Shown piece after piece: positions 10,960 through 21,910 of a stretch of DNA of 64,000 bases (its first letter is position 1; every line of letters begins with the position of its first letter). The stretch is from Diplonema japonicum (taxonomy: Eukaryota > Protista > Euglenozoa: Diplonemea). The translations under genes were made by a program, and so were the position numbers. A model generated the notes under the pieces. The model was not told the DNA's origin. It made no database searches and saw only the letters and a list, made by a program, of their open reading frames with translations. The stretch covers positions 186,001-250,000 of the forward strand of contig OZ025667.1 in assembly GCA_964019335.1 (NCBI GenBank), read 5' to 3'.

Positions 10960-11232
10960 AAAAAACCCAATTGACAAACAAAACGTTAAGGCGCCACCGC
11001 AAAGTACATGGGGTGGGGTGTTTGTGTCTAACGACACATTGGAGTGAGCTTCTATCCTGTGCGGCGCCACCTCTCAGACATGGCGTACCATGCCACGCGA
11101 TCCTGTTCTGAAGGCGTGTTGGTGCCTGGGTGTGCCTGGGTGACACTGGCTCCGCCGCTTTAGTCGACCAAGGTTTTGCCTTATTCTTGTCTCTTGCCGT
11201 GTCGTTACGCGCCTAGACCCGGCCAAGCTGCC
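10960..11232 (-). mobile_element. SINE/RIME-like retroposon, copy 2 (inverted)
   Basis: 11029-11085 is the near-exact reverse complement of 1438-1496; 11165-11228 matches the 5' part of copies 1 and 3. Confidence 0.7.
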
Positions 11233-11466
11233 CCACAAAAAAAAGGAGAGGGCAGTGTTAGTACTTCTAACAATTGTTTTTCGCGCTCAATGGATCCATC
11301 AAAAAAAAAAAAAGAAAACCACCCCCTTCCCCCCCATATTCTTTTTTGTTTTCACTCCTGTTATTCCCCCCCCCCCCCCCCCCTCCTTTTACCCCACCAT
11401 ATGGATACGAAGGCAAAAAAAACAAAAAAAAAAAAAAGAGAGAAAAGGGAACAAAAGAAAAAGAAA

Positions 11467-12609
11467 ATGTATGATGTTGTCTGTGTGCGAAACGTTGTCG
11501 GTGGCAACTGCTTGGCGATAGGTGTGAACATCAACGAGTTCATGGGTCTGGTGAGGGTGAGGCTCGTCGATGCTGTGCAGGAGAAATGCGAGGACCTCAT
11601 GCAAACAGTGGGCCACACAGTAGAAACATTCCCGGAAAGCTGGATTGTACGCATTGGAACAGTGGACAACGTGTGGAGCCCTTTCGAAGTCGATTGGGAA
11701 ATGGTAGAAATCGCGTTAGCCAAACGGCTATCAAGGCAAACTAAGGAGCTCCCTGAACCAGGCACCATACAGCATGTTCACAGATATTCCTCATGCCTAC
11801 CGAGCACCAACTTCGACAGAACCCGATTCCAAATCAAAAGGTCCGAGACGGGCTCCTCTGACGGTTTGTTCCCCACAAAGCTGCTCCCGTCCGGGTACTA
11901 CATCGGCGAGTTTTTAGGTATTCGAAAGGGTCTTGACGAGTACAATGGAAAATCAAAGAACATCTTGAAGCTCTTTCAACGCCCTACTCATACAGACTTC
12001 GGTATCACCACCACAAAGAAACGATCCCCTGGGAAATGTTACGTAGACGGCACTTCGAAGAAAACCTCCTCTTTTCTCCGTCATGTCAATCAGGCTAGGT
12101 TATGGCCCTCCCGCTTCAAAACCCGCAAGGTAGGTGCCCTAACCTCGACGAGGCCCGGGGTTGCAAATTGCGAGTATATCCAGATCCAAGACCGGCTGTA
12201 CCTTCGTACTACCAAGCCGGTCCCGCCTGAGAAGGAGCTGCTTTACGCTCCTTGGATAGATCAGCCTCATTTCTCAGATGAGTCCAAGATCCTTGATGAA
12301 GAGGCTGAGGAAGAAGACGACAACGACGAAGATTCTGGATATGATTCACCGGATATCACTGTCCCTACTCCTAAGAAAAGGAGATTGTCTAACGAGTTCA
12401 AGACCCCTGGGTCAAAGGGTACTAAAACCCCGAGCACAAAGGGGAAAGGCAGCGAGAAGTCGTCCGCTAAAAAGGAAAAGCCTGTAGCAGGAAAGAGCAC
12501 CTCGAAGAGCCCCAGAACATCAACCACCCCGAGCAAGAAGGTCTCTTTCGGCAAGGCGTCCGTTACGCCCCCACCGAAATCTCGTAAATCTTCGCTCAAA
12601 AAGAATTGA
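11467..12609 (+). CDS. SET/PR-domain protein with acidic patch and Lys/Ser-rich tail
   Basis: GLFPTKLLPSGYYIGEFLG, FLRHVNQAR, NCEYIQ..LYLRTTKPVPPEKELL motifs. The true start is probably the ATG at 11467; the upstream part of the ORF is homopolymer and repeat sequence. Confidence 0.75.
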   Translation: MYDVVCVRNVVGGNCLAIGVNINEFMGLVRVRLVDAVQEKCEDLMQTVGHTVETFPESWIVRIGTVDNVWSPFEVDWEMVEIALAKRLSRQTKELPEPGTIQHVHRYSSCLPSTNFDRTRFQIKRSETGSSDGLFPTKLLPSGYYIGEFLGIRKGLDEYNGKSKNILKLFQRPTHTDFGITTTKKRSPGKCYVDGTSKKTSSFLRHVNQARLWPSRFKTRKVGALTSTRPGVANCEYIQIQDRLYLRTTKPVPPEKELLYAPWIDQPHFSDESKILDEEAEEEDDNDEDSGYDSPDITVPTPKKRRLSNEFKTPGSKGTKTPSTKGKGSEKSSAKKEKPVAGKSTSKSPRTSTTPSKKVSFGKASVTPPPKSRKSSLKKN

Positions 12610-12843
12610 GGAGTACCTTGCACCCTAGACTGTGGCTGGTCTTTGTAAAAGCAGCCCTTACTTATTGTAAGACCTTTTGGTTTAAATGTCTGAATTTCTC
12701 TGGCTCTTACATAGATTGTATGGGAAGCCACGTCTTTATTATTTTTTTTTTTTGCCTGTATATGAAAATGTTCTTTTTTTAGAGGATGTTGTTTTCCCCC
12801 ATTCTCCTTTCATTTCCCCTCGCAAAGTCAGACGCCACACAGG

Positions 12844-15006
12844 ATGATGGGCGGAGGGGAGACACTGCAGGTGGGCAGCACACAGTACTATTTTGTACGA
12901 GACGAGCGGCATGGATATTGGGTGCAAAAGGGGCGCTCCTTGTGTGACGGTGAATATGTGTGGAAAACAAAGACCGACAAGCAAGGAAGGGAGTTCTTCA
13001 TCAACGTCGGCGACAGGAGAAAGGTATGGAGGCTCCCCGACATAGATGGCGAAAGCGGACCCCCTAGCGAAAGCGTTCCCCCTAGCCTGCGGAAGGCCGC
13101 CCCGAACACCCCGAAGCAAGAGGACTCTGTGTTGTCTGCCCTACGATCACAGCACCGCAATTCTGAGAACCTTCTTTCCGCCTTGTCTTCCCCTGGTGCT
13201 CAGGCGCATCACAGACGCATGGTGCACAGCACACCCAGAGACACACCAGCGCCACCACCCCACCCAGTGCCCGCTGCATCTGCTTCTCAGCAGCTTCCTG
13301 AATTGTCACAAGCGCACCATACGATACAATACCTCTGGGCGGAGCTGCAGAAGGCTGCCACTGAGGTCGACGAGACAAGGAAGATAGCAACTGAAACGCG
13401 AGCGGAGTACCAGAAGCTTAAGGGCGACATGGCGGAGCTCATGCAAGAGCGTGACCAGTACAAGTCGCAGCTGTCCACCGTTGCAAGTGACGTGACAAGG
13501 CTTACAGAGGCCTTGGAGCAGACAGTCGAAGAAGACTCAAGAAAGCCGCAGGTGCCGTTCGTCACCTCCGACATGACAAGCCCAGCAGAGGCTATCGCCA
13601 CGAAGGTCCTCCTTATCGGTGTCGGGTACTCAGGGTGCGGGTCGCCCACCTTCACAGCCGTCGACGAAGTCGGGAGGCCAGCTGGCGTGTTCTCCGAATT
13701 GGAAACAGGACTGTCCGATTCACGACACATGGCTTCTTACCTTTCGACAAGGGGCTACTCACCTCCTGCACTCGTCCATCATCTGATAGATTCTCCTGGT
13801 ACACTTGCTTCGCAAGTCCCCACTAAAGCAAACATCATGGCTGGTGTTGACTGGCTGGTCATGGGTGCGAAGCCGGGAGATCAGCTGGTGATGCATATTA
13901 AAGCTCATGGAAAAACAATAGGAGAGGTTGGGTGCATTTTGCCCTCCGATTGCACCACAAGTGGTGTTATCCGAGGCGAGGCGTTGTTGACGGTGCTGTC
14001 GCGGCTCCCGCACGGTGTACGGGTCATCATTGTGGCGGACTGCAGTCAGGAGGCTGACCTGTTCGGATTGACGAACAAAATTGTGGCCAGCGATGATGGG
14101 ATGGCGCACTGGGACAAGCAGCATGTAAAGGGTTTCCCACTGTCCGCTGACGTGGTGGTTATTAGCGCGAAGAGCCACGCGACGCCCGCGAGGTCGGCGC
14201 ACTCCCTGACAACTGCATTCCTTGAGGCGATGGAAAGGCATCACACGGCATCCTTTCTGCAGCTGGTGGTCGACCTGCACAGGCTGCTGTATGTCATGGA
14301 CCCGACCAACCCGCAGGTCCCATCCGTGAGCTGCAACAGGCAGTTCGACCCGTCGTCGATCTTCCCCCGTCTGTCGGGGATGCGGATAACAAGAGCGAGA
14401 GAGGACGAGTTGCCTGCCTACTCAGCACCTGTTCAGCCCACCCTGCAAAACACCCCACTGCCCTTCCAGTCCCTTGCTATGCAAAACTCTCAAGCGCAAA
14501 TGTATGTTATCAAAACCACCTACAACCATTTGGCAGGAGGCACAACAACCTCGCCACAGCGTTGAACCTGATCCACAACGATAGAGAGAGCGACAGGGGT
14601 TCCAGGGGGGTCAGGGAACACTCGATTTCCGGGAGCAACCCACTTCCACGGCAAGATGTATGTAAATGGATGCTAAGGGGAATATTCAAACAGACATGGA
14701 GAGACACAGCCAGCACAAGTCAGCCATTGCATCATGTACCTTCTAGCACACATGACACGTTGCAGGTATGTTCTGAGCTACAAAAAAGCTGAAAATATTG
14801 TACAGCCACAATCTTCTCTGCATCAGTTTGCTTCTCGCCCCTTCCCTTCGGCATCGCCTCTATCCACTCCCATCACCACCCGTAGCAAACCTGAGTTCAA
14901 CCCCCTCCACGACCTTGCAGTGAACACTCTAGGGCATCTAAGGGCACCTTCATCGCCGCCTGACTGGAACCCCCCAGGCAGCCTCGCGCCCTACCTTAGA
15001 CATTAG
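12844..15006 (+). CDS. WW-domain + coiled-coil + metacaspase (peptidase C14B)-like protein; introns 14502-14536, 14658-14693, 14766-14805
   Basis: WW-like YVWKTKTDKQGREFFIN..KVWRLP and metacaspase motifs KVLLIGVGY, PTKANIMAGVDWLVMGAKPGDQL, KAHG, ADCSQ. Three GTATGT..CAG introns join the three overlapping ORFs in frame. Confidence 0.8.
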
Positions 15007-15185
15007 ACCCTGCCCTCCTAGTTCTTTGTAGCAGTCGATCGATTTGTAATAGCGTAGCTTAGATTTATGTTAGATGTTGTCATAGTATTCTACCGTTTTT
15101 TTTTATTATAGATCCTCTTTCTGGCCCGTCACGCATAACAATGAATAAAATGAAAAAGAAGACAGTGTAAGAAAAAAGAACAAAG

Positions 15186-16282
15186 ATGACTAAAGGACAC
15201 GTGTTGGTGACTGGCGGATGTGGGTACATTGGGACGCATACCCTTGTTGTGCTAATCAACGAGGGGTACAAGGTGACGGTGGCGGACAACCTGATAAACA
15301 GCAAGAAAGAGTCCCTGAAGAGGGTCCAGAAGATCACAGGGTGCAGCGACGAGATCGCCTTCGTGGAGGTAGATCTGACTGACGCCGCGGCGACTGAGAA
15401 GATGTTCGAGGCGGCGAAGGTGAAGGACGACATGTTTACGTCGGTGATCCACTTCGCCGCGTTGAAAGCAGTGGGCGAGAGCACAAAGATTCCTCTGAAG
15501 TACTATGAGAACAACATTGGGAACACTGTGAACCTGCTTCAGATCATGGAGAAGTACGGCTGCAGAAGCTTCATCTTCTCGTCCAGCGCCACTGTCTACG
15601 GCAGTGCCCCTGTCCCATACACTGAAAGCTCACAGACTGGTGTTGGCGTCACCAACGCTTACGGCCGCACGAAGTACATGATCGAGGAGATTCTCAAGGA
15701 CCACGCCGCCTCTCCCGAGGGTAAGAATTGGTCCATCTGTCTGCTCCGCTACTTCAACCCATGCGGCGCGCACCCGTCTGGCCTTATCGGTGAGGACCCG
15801 CAAGGTGTTCCCAACAACCTGATGCCGTACGTCGTGCAGGTTGCTGTCGGCAGAAGGGACAAAATCACCGTCTTCGGTGGTGACTTCGACACCCCCGACG
15901 GTACCGGTGTCAGGGACTATATTCACGTATGTTGATGTCAGAAATATAAAAGTTTTTTTTCCACACACTACAGGTGATGGACCTCGCGGAAGGGCATTCA
16001 GCTGCCACGAAATACCTCGAGAAGGCCGAGAAGGGCATCCACACGTTCAACCTCGGCAGCGGTAAGGGATCCTCCGTGCTGGAGATGATTGCCGCCATGA
16101 AGAAGGCAGCTGGTAAAGAAATCCCTTATGTAATTGGTGACAGGAGAGAGGGTGACCTGCCTGCATTCTGGGCTGAGACCAATGAAGCAAAGAAGACCCT
16201 TGGCTGGCAGACAACTAGGGGGCTCGACGAGATGTGTGCCGATCTTTGGAAGTGGCAGTCTGAGAACCCTGAAGGATACTGA
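15186..16282 (+). CDS. GALE: UDP-glucose 4-epimerase; intron 15927-15973
   Basis: GGCGYIG, HFAALKAVGES, YGRTK, LRYFNP, GEDPQGVPNNLMPY. Splicing the 47-nt GTATGT..CAG restores RDYIHVMDLAEGH. Confidence 0.97.
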
Positions 16283-16728
16283 GCGTCTGCCTCAGCAACG
16301 TCGTGAACATTGCTGCAACAGCACACTTTTCGTCGCTTTTTCCCGCCCTGTTTCCAGTGTGTACCGCGATACCTTTCAGATCAGCATCTGATATCCGCGA
16401 GTCGCTTAGGGGGCGTATTTTTTTTTTATAAAAGAGAAGTTGCTAAATGAGAAGCATAAAACCTTTTTTTCCAAACGAGATCTTTATTTTTAAACTGTGT
16501 CTTTACTGTGTCCATGTACCGACAAGCTACAACCGATTTCTTTTTTTTTAAAACATGGTTTACCTGATGAAATAGTATCTTTGTAGCATTTCTCGGCATG
16601 AGGCATGAGGCATGAATAGTTTGATGGAATAATGTGAACAAAGCACTCGACCGGTACCACCGGTAGGCAGTATTATTTTTAGTTTTGTTTGCTTACCGTG
16701 CTAAACATCTCCACAGGACAAGACAAGG

Positions 16729-18735
16729 ATGAGGGCGGCAGTGCTGACGCTGCTCCTTGCGGCCAGTGGCGGTGTGACATGCATCACGGAAGTGCTTGAA
16801 ACGAACAGGGCTGGGCACAAGAGGTTCTACCCGGACTTCGTGTACGAGACGGAGGAAGCGGTGGCGCGGCTGCACAAGGGAGACCCGCCGACGCCGGGGC
16901 GGAACCCGCACGCGGGGAACACGTCGCTGCCGTACCCGGACAACCTGCAGTGGCTGCTCAGCATCTTCAACAGGGGGTGGGGCCTGCCGTCGTCGTACAT
17001 TGATATTTTGCCGAACGGGCAGGTGTACTGGGCGACGAAGACCTACCTGGACATCGGGGCCTTCGACGAGTACGGGGACCACGAGCCGCTGGACGGGATC
17101 ATCGCGATCCAGGAGCGGGCGCTGACGCGGTACGGGCTGAACCTGTACGACGCGGCGGTGTGGGAGATCGCGGTGTCCCTGTGGGGCCGGTGGGACGTGG
17201 CGCAGGTGTACGAGCGGAACGTGCTGTACCCGTCGACGACAGGGCCCGCGGGGACGAAGGACGGGATGCCGGGGGGCATCGTGAACATCCGGGCGGACGC
17301 GGACGACTTCCAGTACGGGGTGACGAAGGTGTCGGGGTCGGCGCTGAAGACGGTGACCTACGCGGGGAACGTGACGCACTTCACGCAGGACGCGAACGGG
17401 GACCCGTCGAAGACGGGGGTGAAGGAGGGCCCCGGGGCGCTGTACTACAGGATGATCGGGCCGAGGTACCAGATGGTGGACCCCTTGAACGGGCACTTCG
17501 CGGGGGCGTGGAAGTACCCGTGGCCGAACTACGACGAGACGACGAAGTGGAACACGTACGGGCTGATCCACTTCAACGACTGGAAGCCCATCACGGGGGA
17601 GAACGTGTGGTCGGCGATGATGGGGCCGATCCAGTCGCTGGGGCTCTCGACGAACAACAACATGAGCGCGGGGCTGTGCGGGGCGCCGCAGCGGCGTCCG
17701 GCACTCCCGTGCACGTGGGAGGACTACGAGCACATCCCGGCGGCCATCCAGCAGGGGATCACGGTTCTCCCGGGGCTGGAGGCTCTGCAGTCTATCCCGG
17801 GGTCGCTGTACCACTGCCCGTGGGGGTCGAAGATCTTCCCCCCTGACCCGGAGGAGGGGGAGAACGTGTCGAACGAGAACAACTTCAGTGCCTACGCCTC
17901 TCTGACCATGCTGTACGAGGTTCTTGTTAACTACACGGGCTGCAGCAGCAGCAGCGGGGTGTCGTCGTCGTCGGACCCCCTCCTCGCCTACGGGTGCACG
18001 ACAACGAAGAAGCTCCTGGACGGGTTGGACAAGTTCTTCGACGACGCGAGCATTTTGAGCACGAAGGGGCAGATGCCGGACGGGATGCAGGTGGTCCCGC
18101 AGGGGGGCCACATCAACGGGAGCGGCTACTTCCCTGTCCCCATCAACAGCGTGGCGGGGCTCGCGGTGGACTGTCAGACCTGGGGGCTCAGCGTTCTCGG
18201 GATGAAGCGCATGGACACGAACTGGGGGGCGGGGACCTCGTACAAGATATGGCAGGCGGCGAAGAAGTACGCGGGGTTCTACAAGGGGAGCGTGCTCGCG
18301 GGGGTCGGCTACACGGACCTCACGAACCTGAACACGAGCCAGCCGGTCCCGCAGAACGACATCTGGTCCGCGGAGTGGACCTTCGGGGCCATCAACATGT
18401 GCCAGAAGCTCGCGCAGGAGTACAAGGCGGCGGGGAACGACCCCTACTACAACGCCCTCATGCACGACGCGCAGTCCATGTACAACGAGGTCACCAAGAT
18501 GTGGCCCGAGGGCCTGCGCTTCCCGGACGGTTCCTACGTCTACGCCAACAGGCGTTTCTTCATCCCCTGGGGATGGTTCTCCAACCCCATCTCCTCCACC
18601 TGCTCCACTGGTTGGTCCGTCATGATGGACCTCAACTTCAACCCCTTCGAGTACTGGGGCGGGAACAAGCCTCCTTTGGTCACTCCCCCCCACCTCGTGA
18701 AGACCCACACCTTTTACAAACGCCCTATGCATTAG
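16729..18735 (+). CDS. Secreted glycoprotein, probably related to the trypanosomatid Golgi/lysosome glycoprotein (GLP-1) family
   Basis: Signal peptide, 668 aa, very high GC3, no introns. Motifs YDAAVW, DWKPITGENVW, SNENNFS, YANRRFFIPWGWFSNPI resemble that family from recollection (not searched). Confidence 0.6.
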   Translation: MRAAVLTLLLAASGGVTCITEVLETNRAGHKRFYPDFVYETEEAVARLHKGDPPTPGRNPHAGNTSLPYPDNLQWLLSIFNRGWGLPSSYIDILPNGQVYWATKTYLDIGAFDEYGDHEPLDGIIAIQERALTRYGLNLYDAAVWEIAVSLWGRWDVAQVYERNVLYPSTTGPAGTKDGMPGGIVNIRADADDFQYGVTKVSGSALKTVTYAGNVTHFTQDANGDPSKTGVKEGPGALYYRMIGPRYQMVDPLNGHFAGAWKYPWPNYDETTKWNTYGLIHFNDWKPITGENVWSAMMGPIQSLGLSTNNNMSAGLCGAPQRRPALPCTWEDYEHIPAAIQQGITVLPGLEALQSIPGSLYHCPWGSKIFPPDPEEGENVSNENNFSAYASLTMLYEVLVNYTGCSSSSGVSSSSDPLLAYGCTTTKKLLDGLDKFFDDASILSTKGQMPDGMQVVPQGGHINGSGYFPVPINSVAGLAVDCQTWGLSVLGMKRMDTNWGAGTSYKIWQAAKKYAGFYKGSVLAGVGYTDLTNLNTSQPVPQNDIWSAEWTFGAINMCQKLAQEYKAAGNDPYYNALMHDAQSMYNEVTKMWPEGLRFPDGSYVYANRRFFIPWGWFSNPISSTCSTGWSVMMDLNFNPFEYWGGNKPPLVTPPHLVKTHTFYKRPMH

Positions 18736-19174
18736 GCAGGGCCCGGAGGCATTATCATTTGCATTGATTTGCAGATTTGTTATTAACAAAAAGGAAAGAT
18801 GAAAAAAAAAAAAAAAAGCCTGCTACAAAATGATTGTTCAATACCCAACTGATTACTCATTCCCCCCCCCCCTTTCCCTTCAGGTTTCTCCCGTTCTGCA
18901 CTTAGCTCCTTTGCTTTGTTGTTATTCGTACTCAATAGAAGAAAAGAAAGAAAAAAAAGAAAGATGACAAAGAAAAAGGGGTGGGGTTTTTTATTTTGCT
19001 TGTTTAGGGAGGGGTTTTTTTCTTTTAACATCTGCCCACCGTGACACAAGCGGTGGTTTTTCCCTATGTACTTCTTTCTTTTTTCTTTTTTTGAGGCCCA
19101 GAAGGGGGAAAGGGTAGATAAGTAGAGACAGGAGGGACGTTCCAGAACCTCCTTTACCTCATCTCTTTTTTTTT

Positions 19175-19860
19175 TTTATTTCACTCTTCAGAAATTACTT
19201 CACGCACTGGGGGGCCCATTACTTCACGCTAAATCTCATTACTTCACGGTGAAATAATGGCCTGTTTTCCGTGAAGTAATAGGGGGTTTCCGTTAAATAA
19301 TATGCCTCGGTAGGCCAATTTTTGCCTCGGTTCGGTTCCCAGTGGGGCTACTTTTTCCTCTCAGTTTGCTATTTCCCCCCAGGTTCAGCTCAATTGGCCA
19401 ACTTTTGCCTCGGCTCAGTTCCAAGTTGGACTACTTTTTCCTCCCAATTTGCCCACTTTTGGCTAGGCCTTGTTCCCAGTTTCTGTGGGTAACTCTTCTG
19501 TGGGTAAGGGTAACTTAGTCAGCTTACCCAAGCTCCCCAAAAGACTTCAAAATACCGAAGCAGCAGAAAAAAAGGAGCCAGCGGCCGCGCCAGGTATGGG
19601 AAGGCCTGATTAGAGATGGTGACAGTGGCAATGCCAGCGACAGCGGCAGCTCTTAGTCAACAAAAGGAGGAAAAACAACTTGTATTGTAACCTTTGTAAC
19701 CCCTCTCTTGTTGTACCCCTTGTCACCCTGTTGTGCCCCTCGTGGTGAAGTAATTTCAGAGTGTCGTGAAATAAAACCACTTACCTACCGCCAAGTAATG
19801 CTTTACCGACCTCGAGGTAACGGTAAAGTCATTACTTGTTGGCAGTAAATAGCTATTTTT
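19175..19860 (+). mobile_element. Helentron/HINE-like element, copy 2
   Basis: TTTATTTCAC..GAAATTACTTCAC / GTGAAGTAATTTC..GTGAAATAAA subterminal IR, a 3' hairpin ending ttgttggcagtaaatag, and T-run flanks. Confidence 0.6.
19312..19490 (+). repeat. Degenerate ~75-bp tandem repeat (2 full + 1 partial) inside the element
   Basis: ggccaatttttgcctcggttcggttcccagtggggctactttttcctc vs ggccaacttttgcctcggctcagttccaagttggactactttttcctc. Confidence 0.75.
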
Positions 19861-20004
19861 TTTTTTTTTTTTTTTTTTTTATTGCCACAAAGGTTACTAC
19901 GAAAAAAAAAATAAGAAGACTTTTCTGCATGAGAAACGGAGGAGAATGTTTAAAAAACAAGAAAAAGAAGAAGAAAAAGGAAGAAAATTTTAACTATTTA
20001 TTTA

Positions 20005-20181
20005 GTGAATATAAGATCCTATGATTTCACGCGTGGTGGCAGTGGTTTTGACGAGTGAGGTAATTACTTCACTCGCTTCGCTCGTGAAGTAATGACGGTT
20101 ATATCACGAGCGAAGCGAGTGTTATAACGTTTAACGAGTCAAAACTGCCACCACAAGTGAAATCATCAATCTTATATTCAC
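20005..20181. repeat. T-shaped palindrome with two inverted arm-spacer-arm sites
   Basis: Outer stems 20005-17/20169-81, 20021-30/20157-66, 20033-43/20144-54. Inner sites 20063-20093 and 20098-20128. Confidence 0.9.
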
Positions 20182-20652
20182 AAATACGATATTTTATTTA
20201 ACGACAGCAAAATTTGAGTGGGTGGGAGGTACAGGTGGTACCAATTACAACAAGTGTCGGATATGTGCCTCGGTAGTGCACATGTTTCCTGCGAACATCA
20301 ACGCTGCATAAGCGTGGCGGACGATGCCATACCTCGGTGCTAAAAAATTCTGTCATTTGCTCTTGGGTAAAGATGTTCGCCTTTTTTGTTGACTCGCCTT
20401 CTTGGAACCTCTTGAGGGGGACCTTTAATTCCTCCTCACAACCGAGTTTAGCCTTGAATTAAGCCGTCCGGACTGAACGGGCAGGAGGCCTTGCTTCACG
20501 TCGTTGAACTATAGAAAACACACAAAAGCGTGCCCACTCCTTTTCGTATGGCTCTTGGAAGGGGGTGAACCCTGCTGCGTCCGCCTCTTGTGCAGTCGGG
20601 TTCTTGCCTATCCCAAAGGAACTTTGGTAGGATTTTTTGGAGGGTTTTGCTT

Positions 20653-20787
20653 AAATTAGGCCCAGGAGTGAAATAATATTTCTTATTTTAACGTTATCAG
20701 AATTTTTTCACTCCTGGGCCTAATTTCTTTTAGAAGCCGTGAAAATAAAGTCAGGAGTGAAATAAAGTGAATTTTTATTTTCACTCC
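20653..20787. repeat. Two adjacent inverted repeats built on GGAGTGAAA(TAA)
   Basis: 21-bp perfect IR 20653-20673/20706-20726; second IR 20754-20766/20774-20787. Confidence 0.8.
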
Positions 20788-20809
20788 CACCCACGAAAAT
20801 TTTGATGGA

Positions 20810-20847
<38 letters not shown>

Positions 20848-21189
20848 GCACAAAAAAGTGATGAAAGCGATGCAATCCAACCAGTAAAAAAAAAGGGGGG
20901 GGAGTTACTTTATGGCTTTTTTTTTCTTTTTTGATTTATTATTTTTTTTTTTCGTTAGGCGATCCTGTCACATCTGCAGGTTTCCTTCAATGACATCTTT
21001 TTTTTTTTTCTTCCTTCCAAAAGGTTTTGGCCACACATATCGCCCCTCCTTTTTTTTTGTTTATTTCGTTCTCCTTCCTCTCTTTTGTTTTTTTTTTTTT
21101 TTTTTTGTTTTCGTTCTTTCTCTTTCAGGCCACAAAAAAAAAAAAAAAAGAAACAAATCAAAAAAAAAAAAAAAAAAAAGAAAAAAACC

Positions 21190-21910
21190 ATGCATCAATG
21201 CATCGGGGTTGGGGCCTACGTCCTGGCACACAGTCTGTCCAACGACCAGGTCAATGGGCTGACTGGCATGGTGATAAGGATGCAAGGCGAGAGGGCTGTT
21301 GTTGGGCTGCCGGCACCTTTCGGGGAAAGCGCTCTGAAGCGCGAAAATGTTCGCTTGATCCCCGACAAGGTTGGGGTGTGGGAAAAGGTTCTCTCGAACA
21401 GCACAAGCCCTGGGGACTTCTACTGGTACAATTGGGACAGCGGTGACAGTATATGGGAGCTACCTGAGGAAGTCCGCAAAGCTCTTCTTGAAGGCAACCT
21501 TGATGAAGAGCCTTCTGATTTCTCTAGCAGCTCATCTAAGAAACGGACAATCAGCGAGGTCAGCGAGGAACCACCTATGTCTGAGGAAGAAGAGGGCAGT
21601 GAGAACGCCGAAGAGGACTCAACCGCAGCTACCAACACAAAACTCGACGAGCTCGTCACCCTCCGGAACCGCCTGGCCCAGCTAGAATCCGCGAAGAAGC
21701 GAAAAATACAACAACTCCAGCAGACAGTCACCGTGGCAAGAAAGTCAATTGATGCACAGCTGGTATGGAAAGTGGGTGGGTGGGGGGAAGAAAAAGAAGG
21801 GGGGAAAAATCTTTTTTCTTTTTTTTTTTTTCTCCACAAAGTCGTACCTCTCCCCCTTGGAACACGGACTCCGAAGCCTACCCGCCGACACAGTACCCCT
21901 TGCTGATTAA
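21190..21910 (+). CDS. WW-domain protein with acidic region and coiled coil; intron 21763-21841
   Basis: VWEKVLSNSTSPGDFYWYNWDSGDSIWELP is a WW domain. Splicing GTATGG..AAG gives QL-SYLSPLEHGLRSLPADTVPLAD-stop. Confidence 0.75.

Noticed and set aside
16693-18789. 698-aa minus-strand ORF
   Set aside because: Antisense shadow of a high-GC3 gene; Arg/Val/Pro-rich with no motifs. The same applies to 59699-60538 and 61558-62289.
19312-19490. CRISPR-like array
   Set aside because: Degenerate tandem units with no unique spacers or cas genes, in a eukaryotic context.
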